From Verrucomicrobia bacterium UBA3869 (GTDB taxonomy: Bacteria > Verrucomicrobiota > Verrucomicrobiia > Opitutales > UBA9783): a stretch of DNA of 22,463 nucleotides. Numbering within the stretch: position 1 is the stretch's first letter; each line of letters begins with the position of its first letter. The DNA is taken from NCBI GenBank assembly GCA_002392285.1, contig DGGR01000019.1:1-22463 (forward strand). The letters are read 5' to 3'. The notes beneath the pieces were generated by a model. That model was not told the DNA's origin and searched no databases. It was given only the letters and a program-made list of their open reading frames with translations. Below are positions 14,630-22,430 of this stretch, in pieces. Made by a program: the position numbers and the translations under genes.

Positions 14630-15775
14630 TTAAAATAAACGGGGGAAGGTATCGGCGGTTCGTTGTACCATTTGTTCATTGATGTTTTGAACCGTACCTA
14701 ATTTCTCAACGGTACGACAGGTATTAGCAATAGCGCTAGCAATGGACGGTTCTGGACAGCTTTTTAATTCAGACGACAAACACTTCATCACAATCGATAG
14801 ATTATCGCTAAAATGAACAACAGCAGTCCTACGGTCTTCAAAACGATCAACCAAGTTACCCAACAGGCAATCGAATACCTTCATGGCATCACCCTTAAGC
14901 GGTAAAATCTTATCCAGAATCAACGCATTGAAGTCCTTGGGTGGTAAGGTAATGGAATGCGTTAAATGCGCAGTGGTTTCGCGTAATAACGGCGCCAAGA
15001 CGTAACTATCCTCAATACGGTTTCGATCAATGCCCATTAAGCGATCCTGTTCGGACCTGATCGACTTAATGCTCTTTTTCAGGTTATCCGCCTGTTGGTT
15101 CACGTGATCCTGACTGTCTTGGGAATAGGTAGCAGATTTATCCACCTGCTTCATCTCTTCCGAAAATTGCTCGAGTTGAGTTAATTTACGCTCCCATACA
15201 TCCAAAACAATCTGCAAGGCATTATGCTGCTCCGCAATATCCTCAAACATCATTAAACCGCTACGGATATCATCAAGCGTCAACATTCCATTCTGCAACA
15301 ACGCTCCATCCAATTGCTTAAAGAACGAACGATATTGCCGCTCACTCCCTGAAAACAACGCATTAGAACGCTCTAAAACCGTCTGTTTTAAGTCCTTAGC
15401 CGTTCCATCATTGATCAAGGTTAAACGCTGCAGAGTTTGCTTTTCAACCCGCTTACTGCGATGATCTTGCTCATTAACTTTTTTAGAATCCTCTGTCTCA
15501 GCAACCGAATTTAAACGCGGAGCACCTTTTTTCGCTCTCGATTTAAACTGCTCTTCTTTAACACTCTTATGAGCCTGAAACGACGACATGCATTCGTCAT
15601 CCTTTGTACTTGGATCCACATCCATATTAGCCTGGATCGCTTGCGTATCTAACTGACCCTTTTGGACACTTGCTTCCTCTTGTACTGTTTCGGTAAATGA
15701 AGGCTGTGCTTGAGTGGTCGATTGCGTTTGAAAATTTAATAGTTCTTCACCCATTATCGTTTTATCAACAAGCAT
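14630..15775 (-). CDS. sctW: T3SS gatekeeper, YopN/CopN/SctW (HrpJ-domain) family, N-terminal and central part
   Basis: 381 aa with a polar, acidic, disordered N-terminus typical of a secreted substrate. The C-terminal part (LSSELKSCPEPSIASAI...) resembles CopN (ADLKSEGPSIPPAKL...) and the YopN C-terminus. TyeA-like and SycN-like ORFs follow it. Confidence 0.6.
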   Translation of the reverse strand: MLVDKTIMGEELLNFQTQSTTQAQPSFTETVQEEASVQKGQLDTQAIQANMDVDPSTKDDECMSSFQAHKSVKEEQFKSRAKKGAPRLNSVAETEDSKKVNEQDHRSKRVEKQTLQRLTLINDGTAKDLKQTVLERSNALFSGSERQYRSFFKQLDGALLQNGMLTLDDIRSGLMMFEDIAEQHNALQIVLDVWERKLTQLEQFSEEMKQVDKSATYSQDSQDHVNQQADNLKKSIKSIRSEQDRLMGIDRNRIEDSYVLAPLLRETTAHLTHSITLPPKDFNALILDKILPLKGDAMKVFDCLLGNLVDRFEDRRTAVVHFSDNLSIVMKCLSSELKSCPEPSIASAIANTCRTVEKLGTVQNINEQMVQRTADTFPRLF

Positions 15776-15830
15776 TTTTTATGCCTAATTTTGACCCCTC
15801 AGTACCCATGACCTTCCCTATCCTTCTTGA

Positions 15831-15858
15831 TGGACTTTTAAAAAAATTTCATTAAAAT
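15831..15858 (+). promoter_or_regulatory. Candidate promoter TGGACT (15831-15836), 16-nt spacer, TAAAAT (15853-15858), 7 nt before the pfp ATG
   Basis: The -10 matches 5/6 and the -35 matches 4/6. The predicted start site coincides with the ATG at 15866. Confidence 0.4.
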
Positions 15859-15865
15859 AAAAATT

Positions 15866-17047
15866 ATGAAAGTTGCTATTTTAACCTCAGGTGGGCTTGC
15901 TCCCTGCTTATCCGCTGCCGTCGGATATTTAATACAGCGTTATCATCTTTTAGACCCCAAAATTGAAATTATAGCGTATCTTCACGGATACCAAGGTCTT
16001 TTGTTGGGGCAATCAACCGTGTTGTCCGATTACTCAGAAGCTCCCAGCTTGCTCAATTTTGGAGGGAGCCCGATCGGCAATAGCCGTGTTAAATTGTCCA
16101 ACGCATCCGATTGCGAAAAAAAGGGATTAATTGCGTCTGGAGCTAATCCCTTTGAAGTTGCTGCTCAACAACTCATCACCGACCACGTAGATGTTTTACA
16201 CACCATTGGTGGCGACGACACCAGCACAACCGCTGCGGAACTTGCCCACTTTTTAAAGCAACATAACTATCCATTAACCATCGTTGGCTTACCCAAAACC
16301 ATCGATAACGATATCAACCCAATTCAATTAAGTTTAGGCGCTACCACCGCTGCGGAACAAGGCGCTATCTTTTTCGAACACGTCGTCAACGAACATACGG
16401 CCAACCCCAAAACCTTGGTAGTTCATGAAGTTATGGGACGCCACTGCGGATGGTTAACCTATGAAACCGCACGTCAGTATACCGAACGGCTACAGCGGCG
16501 AACCTTTGCTCCTCATTTGGGATTTTCGAAAGAAGCATTTGAAATCCACGCGCTGTATATCCCGGAAATCGATATCCAATTGGATGCAGAAATCGCTCGT
16601 TTACAGCCCAAATTAGACCATATCGGCTCCCTAAACATTTTTGTCAGTGAAGGAGCTTGCGCGAACGTGATTATTCAAGAGCTCGAACGCAGCGGACAAA
16701 CGGTAGAACGCGATGCATTCGGACATGTAAAATTGGATAAAATCAACGCAGGTCAATGGATTGGTGAACGCTTGGCTAAACGCTTGGGTGCTAAAAAATT
16801 GCTGGTACAAAAAAGCGGATATTTTGCCCGTTCCTCTCAACCCAACGCATTCGACCTCAACCTGATCCAAGCTTATGTAGATTACGCCGTCGAATGTGCC
16901 TTCAACCAACAGAGTGGGTTGATCGGCCAAGACGAACGTTTCGGCGGACAATTACGCTGTATCGAATTTGAAGCGATTTCTGGAGGTAAACCCTTAAATA
17001 TTAAGGACCCAGCAATACAAAATCTGTTAAAAGCCATTAATAGCTAA
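15866..17047 (+). CDS. pfp: Phosphofructokinase, PfkA family, short form with the PPi-dependent signature
   Basis: TSGG, IGGDDT, GLPKTIDNDI and MGRHCGW are present. Asp in GGDD and Lys in PKTIDND occupy the positions (E. coli Gly104 and Gly124) generally used to separate PPi- from ATP-dependent enzymes. Confidence 0.8.
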   Translation: MKVAILTSGGLAPCLSAAVGYLIQRYHLLDPKIEIIAYLHGYQGLLLGQSTVLSDYSEAPSLLNFGGSPIGNSRVKLSNASDCEKKGLIASGANPFEVAAQQLITDHVDVLHTIGGDDTSTTAAELAHFLKQHNYPLTIVGLPKTIDNDINPIQLSLGATTAAEQGAIFFEHVVNEHTANPKTLVVHEVMGRHCGWLTYETARQYTERLQRRTFAPHLGFSKEAFEIHALYIPEIDIQLDAEIARLQPKLDHIGSLNIFVSEGACANVIIQELERSGQTVERDAFGHVKLDKINAGQWIGERLAKRLGAKKLLVQKSGYFARSSQPNAFDLNLIQAYVDYAVECAFNQQSGLIGQDERFGGQLRCIEFEAISGGKPLNIKDPAIQNLLKAINS

Positions 17048-17139
17048 AAAGTTGAACACCTACTTAACTCATCATACGTTTTTCGCATAAAAACCAAAAG
17101 GCTTGTTTAACGGTGAAATGTTTTAGGATATTTTAAAGC

Positions 17140-17168
17140 TTGACTTATACCTATTTAATAGGTATAAG
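17140..17168 (+). promoter_or_regulatory. Near-consensus promoter TTGACT (17140-17145), 17-nt spacer, TATAAG (17163-17168), overlapping a perfect 27-bp palindrome (17143-17169)
   Basis: The hexamers match 5/6 and 5/6 at the optimal 17-nt spacing. ACTTATACCTATT-T-AATAGGTATAAGT forms 13-bp perfect inverted arms around one central base. No annotated gene lies downstream on this strand. Confidence 0.45.
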
Positions 17169-17316
17169 TTATTAGCAACATGCGGAATGCAATCGCAATA
17201 AGATTATTTTATCCAATTCTAAACCAACGTCAAGCAAAAAGATTTATTTCAGACACCACCCGGTTGAATAAGACGGTTTAGGCTATTGTTCTTTATCCAT
17301 TTTTCAACCTGTCCAT

Positions 17317-17349
17317 AAAAAACTAGCCCCATAAAACAGAGCTAGTTTT
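17317..17349 (-). terminator. Candidate intrinsic terminator downstream of gapA (A/U-flanked, so it could act in both directions)
   Basis: Stem AAAACTAGC (17319-17327) pairs with GCTAGTTTT (17341-17349) around a 13-nt loop. On the minus strand the hairpin is followed by a T run (revcomp of A17317-17322). The stem is short and the loop large, so this is only moderately convincing. Confidence 0.4.
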
Positions 17350-17370
17350 CAACAACAGCCTATCTAAGGA

Positions 17371-18399
17371 TTAGCAAAGCTCGGCTAATTTTTGTAGCAC
17401 ATCAACGCACCGGTTGCTGTACCCCCACTCATTATCGTACCAACTAACCAACTTAAAGAATCGGTCATTCAGTTCAATTCCAGAACCTGCGTCAAAGATA
17501 GAGGAATGCGTATCATGAATGAAATCACTCGATACTACCTCATCCTCTGTATAGCCTAAAATACCTCTTAAAGCACCATTGGAAGCTGCTTTCATAGCAT
17601 CGCAGATGGCCTTGTAAGACGTAGATTTTACGGTACGAACGGTTAAATCAACAACCGAAACCGTTGGCGTAGGTACTCGGAAAGACATACCGGTTAATTT
17701 ACCTTTTACAGCCGGCAAAACCAAGCCTACCGCTTTCGCTGCTCCTGTAGTTGAAGGAATAATGTTAATAGCTGCCGTACGTCCCCCCTTCCAATCCTTT
17801 TTCGAAGGGCCATCAACGGTTTTTTGAGTAGCGGTATAACTATGAACCGTCGTCATCAATCCCTCCTCAATACCAAATTGATCCAAAACAACCTTGGTAA
17901 TAGGCGCCAAACAGTTGGTGGTACAGGAAGCGTTGGAGATTAAGGTATCCGATGCTTTGAGTTCTTGATCATTAACCCCCATCACAATGGTACGAATCCG
18001 CTCACCTTTCCCCGGCGCTGTAATCAATACTTTCTTAGCTCCAGCCTTCAAATGACCTTCGGCTTTTTCATCCATTGTAAAGAGTCCCGTGGATTCAATC
18101 ACCACATCGACCCCCAAATCTTTCCAAGGTAACGCTGCCGGACCCTCTTTAACAGCCAAACAGCGAATCTTTGTTCCATTAACCCTCAAAGCATCCTCTC
18201 CATCAGCTTCCACGGTTCCATTGAAACGACCTTGGATAGAATCATATTTCAATAAATAAGCTAAATTATCCGCTCCCACCAAATCATTGATAGCTACCAC
18301 TTCAAATGCGTTTCCCAATAGTCCGCGTTCCGCTATCGCTCGAAATACTAAACGACCAATACGACCAAATCCATTGATGCCAATTGTTATCTTTTTCAT
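17371..18399 (-). CDS. gapA: Glyceraldehyde-3-phosphate dehydrogenase (type I)
   Basis: INGFGRIGR, the active-site [12 protein letters not shown] and WYDNEWGYS are present. Size is 342 aa. Confidence 0.95.
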   Translation of the reverse strand: MKKITIGINGFGRIGRLVFRAIAERGLLGNAFEVVAINDLVGADNLAYLLKYDSIQGRFNGTVEADGEDALRVNGTKIRCLAVKEGPAALPWKDLGVDVVIESTGLFTMDEKAEGHLKAGAKKVLITAPGKGERIRTIVMGVNDQELKASDTLISNASCTTNCLAPITKVVLDQFGIEEGLMTTVHSYTATQKTVDGPSKKDWKGGRTAAINIIPSTTGAAKAVGLVLPAVKGKLTGMSFRVPTPTVSVVDLTVRTVKSTSYKAICDAMKAASNGALRGILGYTEDEVVSSDFIHDTHSSIFDAGSGIELNDRFFKLVSWYDNEWGYSNRCVDVLQKLAELC

Positions 18400-18407
18400 A
18401 TGAAATT

Positions 18408-18416
18408 ATTTTAGCA
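18408..18416 (-). promoter_or_regulatory. Candidate extended -10 element TGCTAAAAT, 8 nt upstream of the gapA ATG
   Basis: The minus strand reads ggTGcTAAAATaatttcatATG. The same 9-mer, TGCTAAAAT, precedes rpoN. Confidence 0.4.
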
Positions 18417-18451
18417 CCTTTAATGAAGAGGGTAAAGTCCAGCAGCAAATT

Positions 18452-18527
18452 TGGTGGACGATGTAGGATTCGAACCTACGACCCCCCGGATGTAAACCGG
18501 ATGCTCTAACCGCTGAGCTAATCGTCC
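18452..18527 (-). tRNA. tRNA-Val (anticodon TAC), CCA encoded
   Basis: The reverse complement is GGACGATTAGCTCAGCGGTTAGAGCATCCGGTTTACATCCGGGGGGTCGTAGGTTCGAATCCTACATCGTCCACCA. Acceptor is GGACGAT/ATCGTCC, the anticodon loop is TTTACAT and the T-loop is TTCGAAT. Length is 76 nt. Confidence 0.9.
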
Positions 18528-18583
18528 CCTATGAAAAAATAAAAACTTAACCTCTAAGGAAATAATCCATCAATCCCTAAAGA

Positions 18584-18823
18584 TTATTCGCCATCATCGC
18601 CAATAGCGTTAACAGGGCAGGTTTCTTTCGCCTCCATGCAACGCTCCACTTCGCCTTCTAAAGACGGTTGTTTTTTTACATAGGAAGCTCCATCGCTTGT
18701 AAAGTCAAACACCTCAGGAGCGATGTTGTGACACATTCCACAATGAATGCATTGATTATCGACGTAAAAACGACCGCGTACGTTTTCTGAAAGTTTATCC
18801 TCTTTAACAGCCATGATTTTCAT
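18584..18823 (-). CDS. Small [4Fe-4S] ferredoxin
   Basis: The single-cluster pattern CIHCGMC...(x37)...CPVNAI is present. The start is placed at ATG 18821-18823 (79 aa); ATG 18812-18814 is also possible. The track's longer form begins at a TTG. Confidence 0.75.
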   Translation of the reverse strand: MKIMAVKEDKLSENVRGRFYVDNQCIHCGMCHNIAPEVFDFTSDGASYVKKQPSLEGEVERCMEAKETCPVNAIGDDGE

Positions 18824-18896
18824 TACACAAAGCCCACTTGTACCGTCAAGCAGATTTATAAATATCCACAAAAGCTAGGCTTTAAGGGGGGATTTT

Positions 18897-18905
18897 TGCT
18901 AAAAT
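18897..18905 (+). promoter_or_regulatory. Candidate extended -10 element TGCTAAAAT, 7 nt upstream of the rpoN ATG
   Basis: The plus strand reads tttTGcTAAAATaaagaaaATG. There is no good -35, which is consistent with an extended -10 promoter. The predicted start site is at or near the ATG at 18913. Confidence 0.4.
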
Positions 18906-18912
18906 AAAGAAA

Positions 18913-20268
18913 ATGATTCATCTAGAACAAAGCCAAACACAATCGCAGGTATTGGCGCCCCAACTACGGCAGTCGCTCAAGATCCTGCAGGCATCCGCTA
19001 TGGATCTAAAGGCTTTTGTTCAAGAAGAATTAACCAACAATCCAACCCTTGAGGAAATTCCTGGTTCATCGAGCAAAGAATCTACTGATTCCATCGCTAA
19101 CGAAGCAGAATGGAACTCCAACTACGCCAACGATGCTTCAGAAGCAAGCCAACGCCACGATTTTCTATTAAATTTACTGCAAAACGAAGTATCCCTACAA
19201 AGCCATCTGCAAGAGCAGGTTGGGTGTTTGGATTTAACCAAAAAGCTTAAGGAACTGGTTCTATTCATTATCGGAAGCCTCAACCAAAAAGGGTTTTTAG
19301 ATAGCTCCATAGATGAGCTCATGCGCCAAACAGGATGTGATTACGATACGCTGATGCACGCGTTATCAATTGTGCAGCAACTGGACCCTGTTGGTGTAGG
19401 CTGTTTTGATATTCCTTCCAGCCTCATGGCGCAATTGACCTATCAGCAAAAAGGGAATTCCCTCGCATTCAAAATTATTTCCCAATGTTATCCCCTCTTG
19501 TTGCACAACAAGCTGAACGATATTGCGCGCGCCTGTTCTGCAAGTCTAAAAGACGTACAAGCCGCTATCCGCAACGACATTGCGCCTCTAAATCCAGCAC
19601 CTGGAAGCGCTTACGCCCATCACCCATCACCTATCATCATCCCCGATGTAAAAATTTACAAAAATCCATCCAATGAATGGATCGTGGAGTTAAATCACAC
19701 CTACATCCCTCAATTGCGCATTGGATCTAACTATAAAGACTTACTTGCTCAAAACATCGATGCGAATGATCGGCGCTACCTCCAAATTAAAATGCGCTCA
19801 GGACGCTTTCTCATTCAAGCCATCCTTCAGCGACAAAAAACCATTGAACGTATTTCACAGGCCATTTTGCAGTATCAACAAGACTTCTTTAACCATGGGG
19901 TCGCTTACCTAAAGCCCTTAACCCTACAAACAGTGGCAGAGTTTTTAAACCTACACGAAACCACCATTAGTCGAGCAACCGCCAACAAATACGTAGATAC
20001 CCCCTTCGGGGTCTTCAGATTTAAGTATTTTTTTACCAAAGGGTTAGCGCGCCATAATACCGACGAAAGGATTTCCAATGCGGTAATTAAGCAGGAAATG
20101 CGTAAGCTGATTGACCACGAAGACAAACAGCACCCATTAAGCGATCAAGCTATGGTTGAGTTGTTCAAGAATAAACAAATTCAAATTGCACGCCGCACAA
20201 TCACTAAATACCGTAAGCAATTGGGCATTTTACCGGTTCACATGCGCCGACAATACAGCGCTTATTAA
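18913..20268 (+). CDS. rpoN: RNA polymerase sigma-54 factor
   Basis: The N-terminal Gln/Leu-rich region I (LAPQLRQSLKILQ), the HTH ISRATANKYV and the RpoN box ARRTITKYRKQLGI are present. Size is 451 aa. Confidence 0.9.
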   Translation: MIHLEQSQTQSQVLAPQLRQSLKILQASAMDLKAFVQEELTNNPTLEEIPGSSSKESTDSIANEAEWNSNYANDASEASQRHDFLLNLLQNEVSLQSHLQEQVGCLDLTKKLKELVLFIIGSLNQKGFLDSSIDELMRQTGCDYDTLMHALSIVQQLDPVGVGCFDIPSSLMAQLTYQQKGNSLAFKIISQCYPLLLHNKLNDIARACSASLKDVQAAIRNDIAPLNPAPGSAYAHHPSPIIIPDVKIYKNPSNEWIVELNHTYIPQLRIGSNYKDLLAQNIDANDRRYLQIKMRSGRFLIQAILQRQKTIERISQAILQYQQDFFNHGVAYLKPLTLQTVAEFLNLHETTISRATANKYVDTPFGVFRFKYFFTKGLARHNTDERISNAVIKQEMRKLIDHEDKQHPLSDQAMVELFKNKQIQIARRTITKYRKQLGILPVHMRRQYSAY

Positions 20269-20353
20269 AACCCAGATCGTAGTTAGAAGTTGCAGCCTCC
20301 ATAAAAATCTTGCCTCCGAACAAGGTTAGGCTTAAGGTAAGCGCAATTACTAT

Positions 20354-21532
20354 ATGAACTTGCATGAGTATCAGGCGAAAGCCTTATTGGAATCGTTCCA
20401 AATCCTCATCCCAAGTGGAGTATGTATTCAAGAAGCTACTCCTGAAAATCTAGCTACCGTCAAAGGCACCTTTAAAAATCACGCACAGGTAGCAGTTAAA
20501 GCGCAAATTCATGCGGGTGGGCGTGGCAAAGGACATTTTAAAGAAAATGGGAAATCAGGTGTGCAATTGGTTTCAGGCGATTGCCTAGAAAAAGCCATTA
20601 CTTCCATGCTTCATAACACGTTAGTCACCAAACAAACGGGAGAGGAAGGACAAAAGGTTAACGCGGTATACGTTACGGAAGTTTTTCACTACACGAAAGC
20701 GTTTTATCTATCGATTTGTATTGATCGCGCGCATCAATGTCCGGTGGTGATAGCCTCTCGACAAGGAGGCGTTGATATTGAAACAGTAGCAGCCACACAT
20801 CCTGACCAAATCATCCGTATTCCCATTAATCCCAGCATTGGGCTTTGTCATTTTCAAGCGCGAGCAATTGCCAACTGTTTTCAATTAACTGGATCGGCTT
20901 ATACGCACTGTATTCAAACGATCCTTAACCTATATAAGGCATTTGTGGCACTCGATGCGACCCTCATTGAAATCAATCCGTTGGTATTAAGCGACCAACA
21001 GCAAATAGTAGCGCTCGATTCAAAGGTGCAAATCGATGACAATGCGCTATTTCGGACCTCTATTTCGCCGTCGCTCGTACCGATTCAATCGCCTACCCCA
21101 ACATCCACAAAGGAGGCTCCCAGTTCAATCATTCGATTGGACGGCAACATCGCCTGTTTATCGAATGGGGCAGGCCTATGTATGGCAACCCTTGATCTCT
21201 TGCATCAATTGGGGGGGCAGGCCTCCTGTTTTATCGACCTAGGGGACAGCGCATCGGAACAAAAAATCGATTCCATTTTAGACCTTGTTTTAACAGATTC
21301 GCAATCCAAAGGGGTGCTTATCAACGTCTTTGGTGGGACTTTCCCATGCGATATACTGGCGCAACGCTTGATCCAAAAAATTCAGCAGCACCGCCCCACA
21401 AAATCCATTCAAGTTCGTTTGGAGGGTAACAAAAGCGAAGAAGCACGTGAGTTGTTAAAAACCGCACCGGTTCCCTTCATGGATGATTTGCAACAAGCAA
21501 TCCAAAACCTTTTACGATCGGTATCCCTATGA
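20354..21532 (+). CDS. sucC: Succinyl-CoA synthetase beta subunit (ADP-forming), divergent
   Basis: MNLHEYQAK, VKAQIHAGGRGK, EINPL, LDGNIACLSNGAGLCMATLD and VRLEGN are present. It overlaps sucD by 4 nt. Confidence 0.85.
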   Translation: MNLHEYQAKALLESFQILIPSGVCIQEATPENLATVKGTFKNHAQVAVKAQIHAGGRGKGHFKENGKSGVQLVSGDCLEKAITSMLHNTLVTKQTGEEGQKVNAVYVTEVFHYTKAFYLSICIDRAHQCPVVIASRQGGVDIETVAATHPDQIIRIPINPSIGLCHFQARAIANCFQLTGSAYTHCIQTILNLYKAFVALDATLIEINPLVLSDQQQIVALDSKVQIDDNALFRTSISPSLVPIQSPTPTSTKEAPSSIIRLDGNIACLSNGAGLCMATLDLLHQLGGQASCFIDLGDSASEQKIDSILDLVLTDSQSKGVLINVFGGTFPCDILAQRLIQKIQQHRPTKSIQVRLEGNKSEEARELLKTAPVPFMDDLQQAIQNLLRSVSL

Positions 21533-22413
21533 GTTTTTTGACTATCGATCCTCAGCCACGTGTTTTAGTACAAGGCATTACTGGACATGCAGGATTGTTA
21601 CATTCTAAATTATGTCTAGAGTATGGGACCAACATTGTAGCGGGAGCTACTCCGGGGAAAGGTGGTCAGTATGTACACACCAACATTCCAGTGTTTAATT
21701 CCGTTGCAGAGGCCTGTCGTGAAACAGCGCCCACTGTATCGCTAATCTTGGTTCCCGCTCCTTTCGCAACCGATGCTATTTACGAAGCGATTGATGCTAA
21801 AATTCCGCTGATTGTTTGCATTACCGAAGGCATTCCGGTGCAGGATATGCTGCGCATTAAATCGGTCCTCAAAGGCACTCAAACACGCTTAATTGGTCCT
21901 AATTGCCCAGGGATTTTGGCTCCCCATCGCTACAAAATTGGTATTATGCCAGGCGCTATTTTCAAACCCGGTTCGGTTGGGCTTGTTTCCCGCTCCGGAA
22001 CGTTAATGTTTGAAGCGGCGTGGCAATTGAGCACGCTGGGTTATGGGCAATCGATGGCAATTGGTATTGGAGGCGACCCGATCAATGGCACATCCTACCA
22101 AGATGTTTTGCGGTATTTCAATGAAGATCCTGCAACCGAAGGCATTGTGTTGATAGGCGAAATCGGCGGTATTAGCGAAGAACAAGCGGCGGATTACATC
22201 CGTCAGTCGGTTCGCAAACCAGTGGTGGCTTTTATTGCCGGTCAAACCCTACCCTCCAACCAACGTATGGGACATGCAGGAGCGATTATTGAAGGGAATA
22301 AGGGAACCGCAGCACACAAAATTGAAACGCTCAAAGCGGCAGGTGTTTACATTGCTCCAACGATAACCGACATAGGGGAAACCTATGCGCAAGCCATTCA
22401 AAACATTAAATAA
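21529..22413 (+). CDS. sucD: Succinyl-CoA synthetase alpha subunit
   Basis: VQGITG, GPNCPG, SRSGTL and the phosphohistidine loop MGHAGAII are present. Size is 294 aa. Confidence 0.95.
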   Translation: MSFLTIDPQPRVLVQGITGHAGLLHSKLCLEYGTNIVAGATPGKGGQYVHTNIPVFNSVAEACRETAPTVSLILVPAPFATDAIYEAIDAKIPLIVCITEGIPVQDMLRIKSVLKGTQTRLIGPNCPGILAPHRYKIGIMPGAIFKPGSVGLVSRSGTLMFEAAWQLSTLGYGQSMAIGIGGDPINGTSYQDVLRYFNEDPATEGIVLIGEIGGISEEQAADYIRQSVRKPVVAFIAGQTLPSNQRMGHAGAIIEGNKGTAAHKIETLKAAGVYIAPTITDIGETYAQAIQNIK

Positions 22414-22430
22414 AGTATATTAATGGAAAC

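Noticed and set aside
16631-16951. 106-aa minus-strand ORF inside pfp
   Set aside because: It is a shadow ORF opposite the phosphofructokinase gene.
18824-18871. N-terminal 16-aa extension of the ferredoxin ORF (MWIFINLLDGTSGLCV...)
   Set aside because: The extension begins at a TTG and adds a segment not seen in small single-cluster ferredoxins. Internal ATGs at 18821-18823 and 18812-18814 give the expected size of about 76-79 aa.
19122-20126. Four small ORFs within rpoN (19122-19322 -, 19485-19676 +, 19721-19912 +, 19905-20126 -)
   Set aside because: They are out of frame or antisense to the continuous sigma-54 ORF.
20946-20960. TGGCACTCGATGCGA, a sigma-54 promoter-like string
   Set aside because: The GG-to-GC spacing is 2 nt too short, and the string lies inside sucC with no downstream start.
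21110-21116. Perfect SD-like AAGGAGG, the only one I noticed in the window
   Set aside because: It is internal to sucC, where it encodes part of ...TKEAP.... No ATG, GTG or TTG lies 5-12 nt downstream, so an internal start is unsupported.
21036-22245. 68-aa plus-strand ORF in sucC (21036-21242) and 80-aa minus-strand ORF in sucD (22003-22245)
   Set aside because: They are alternative-frame or antisense ORFs within strongly supported genes.
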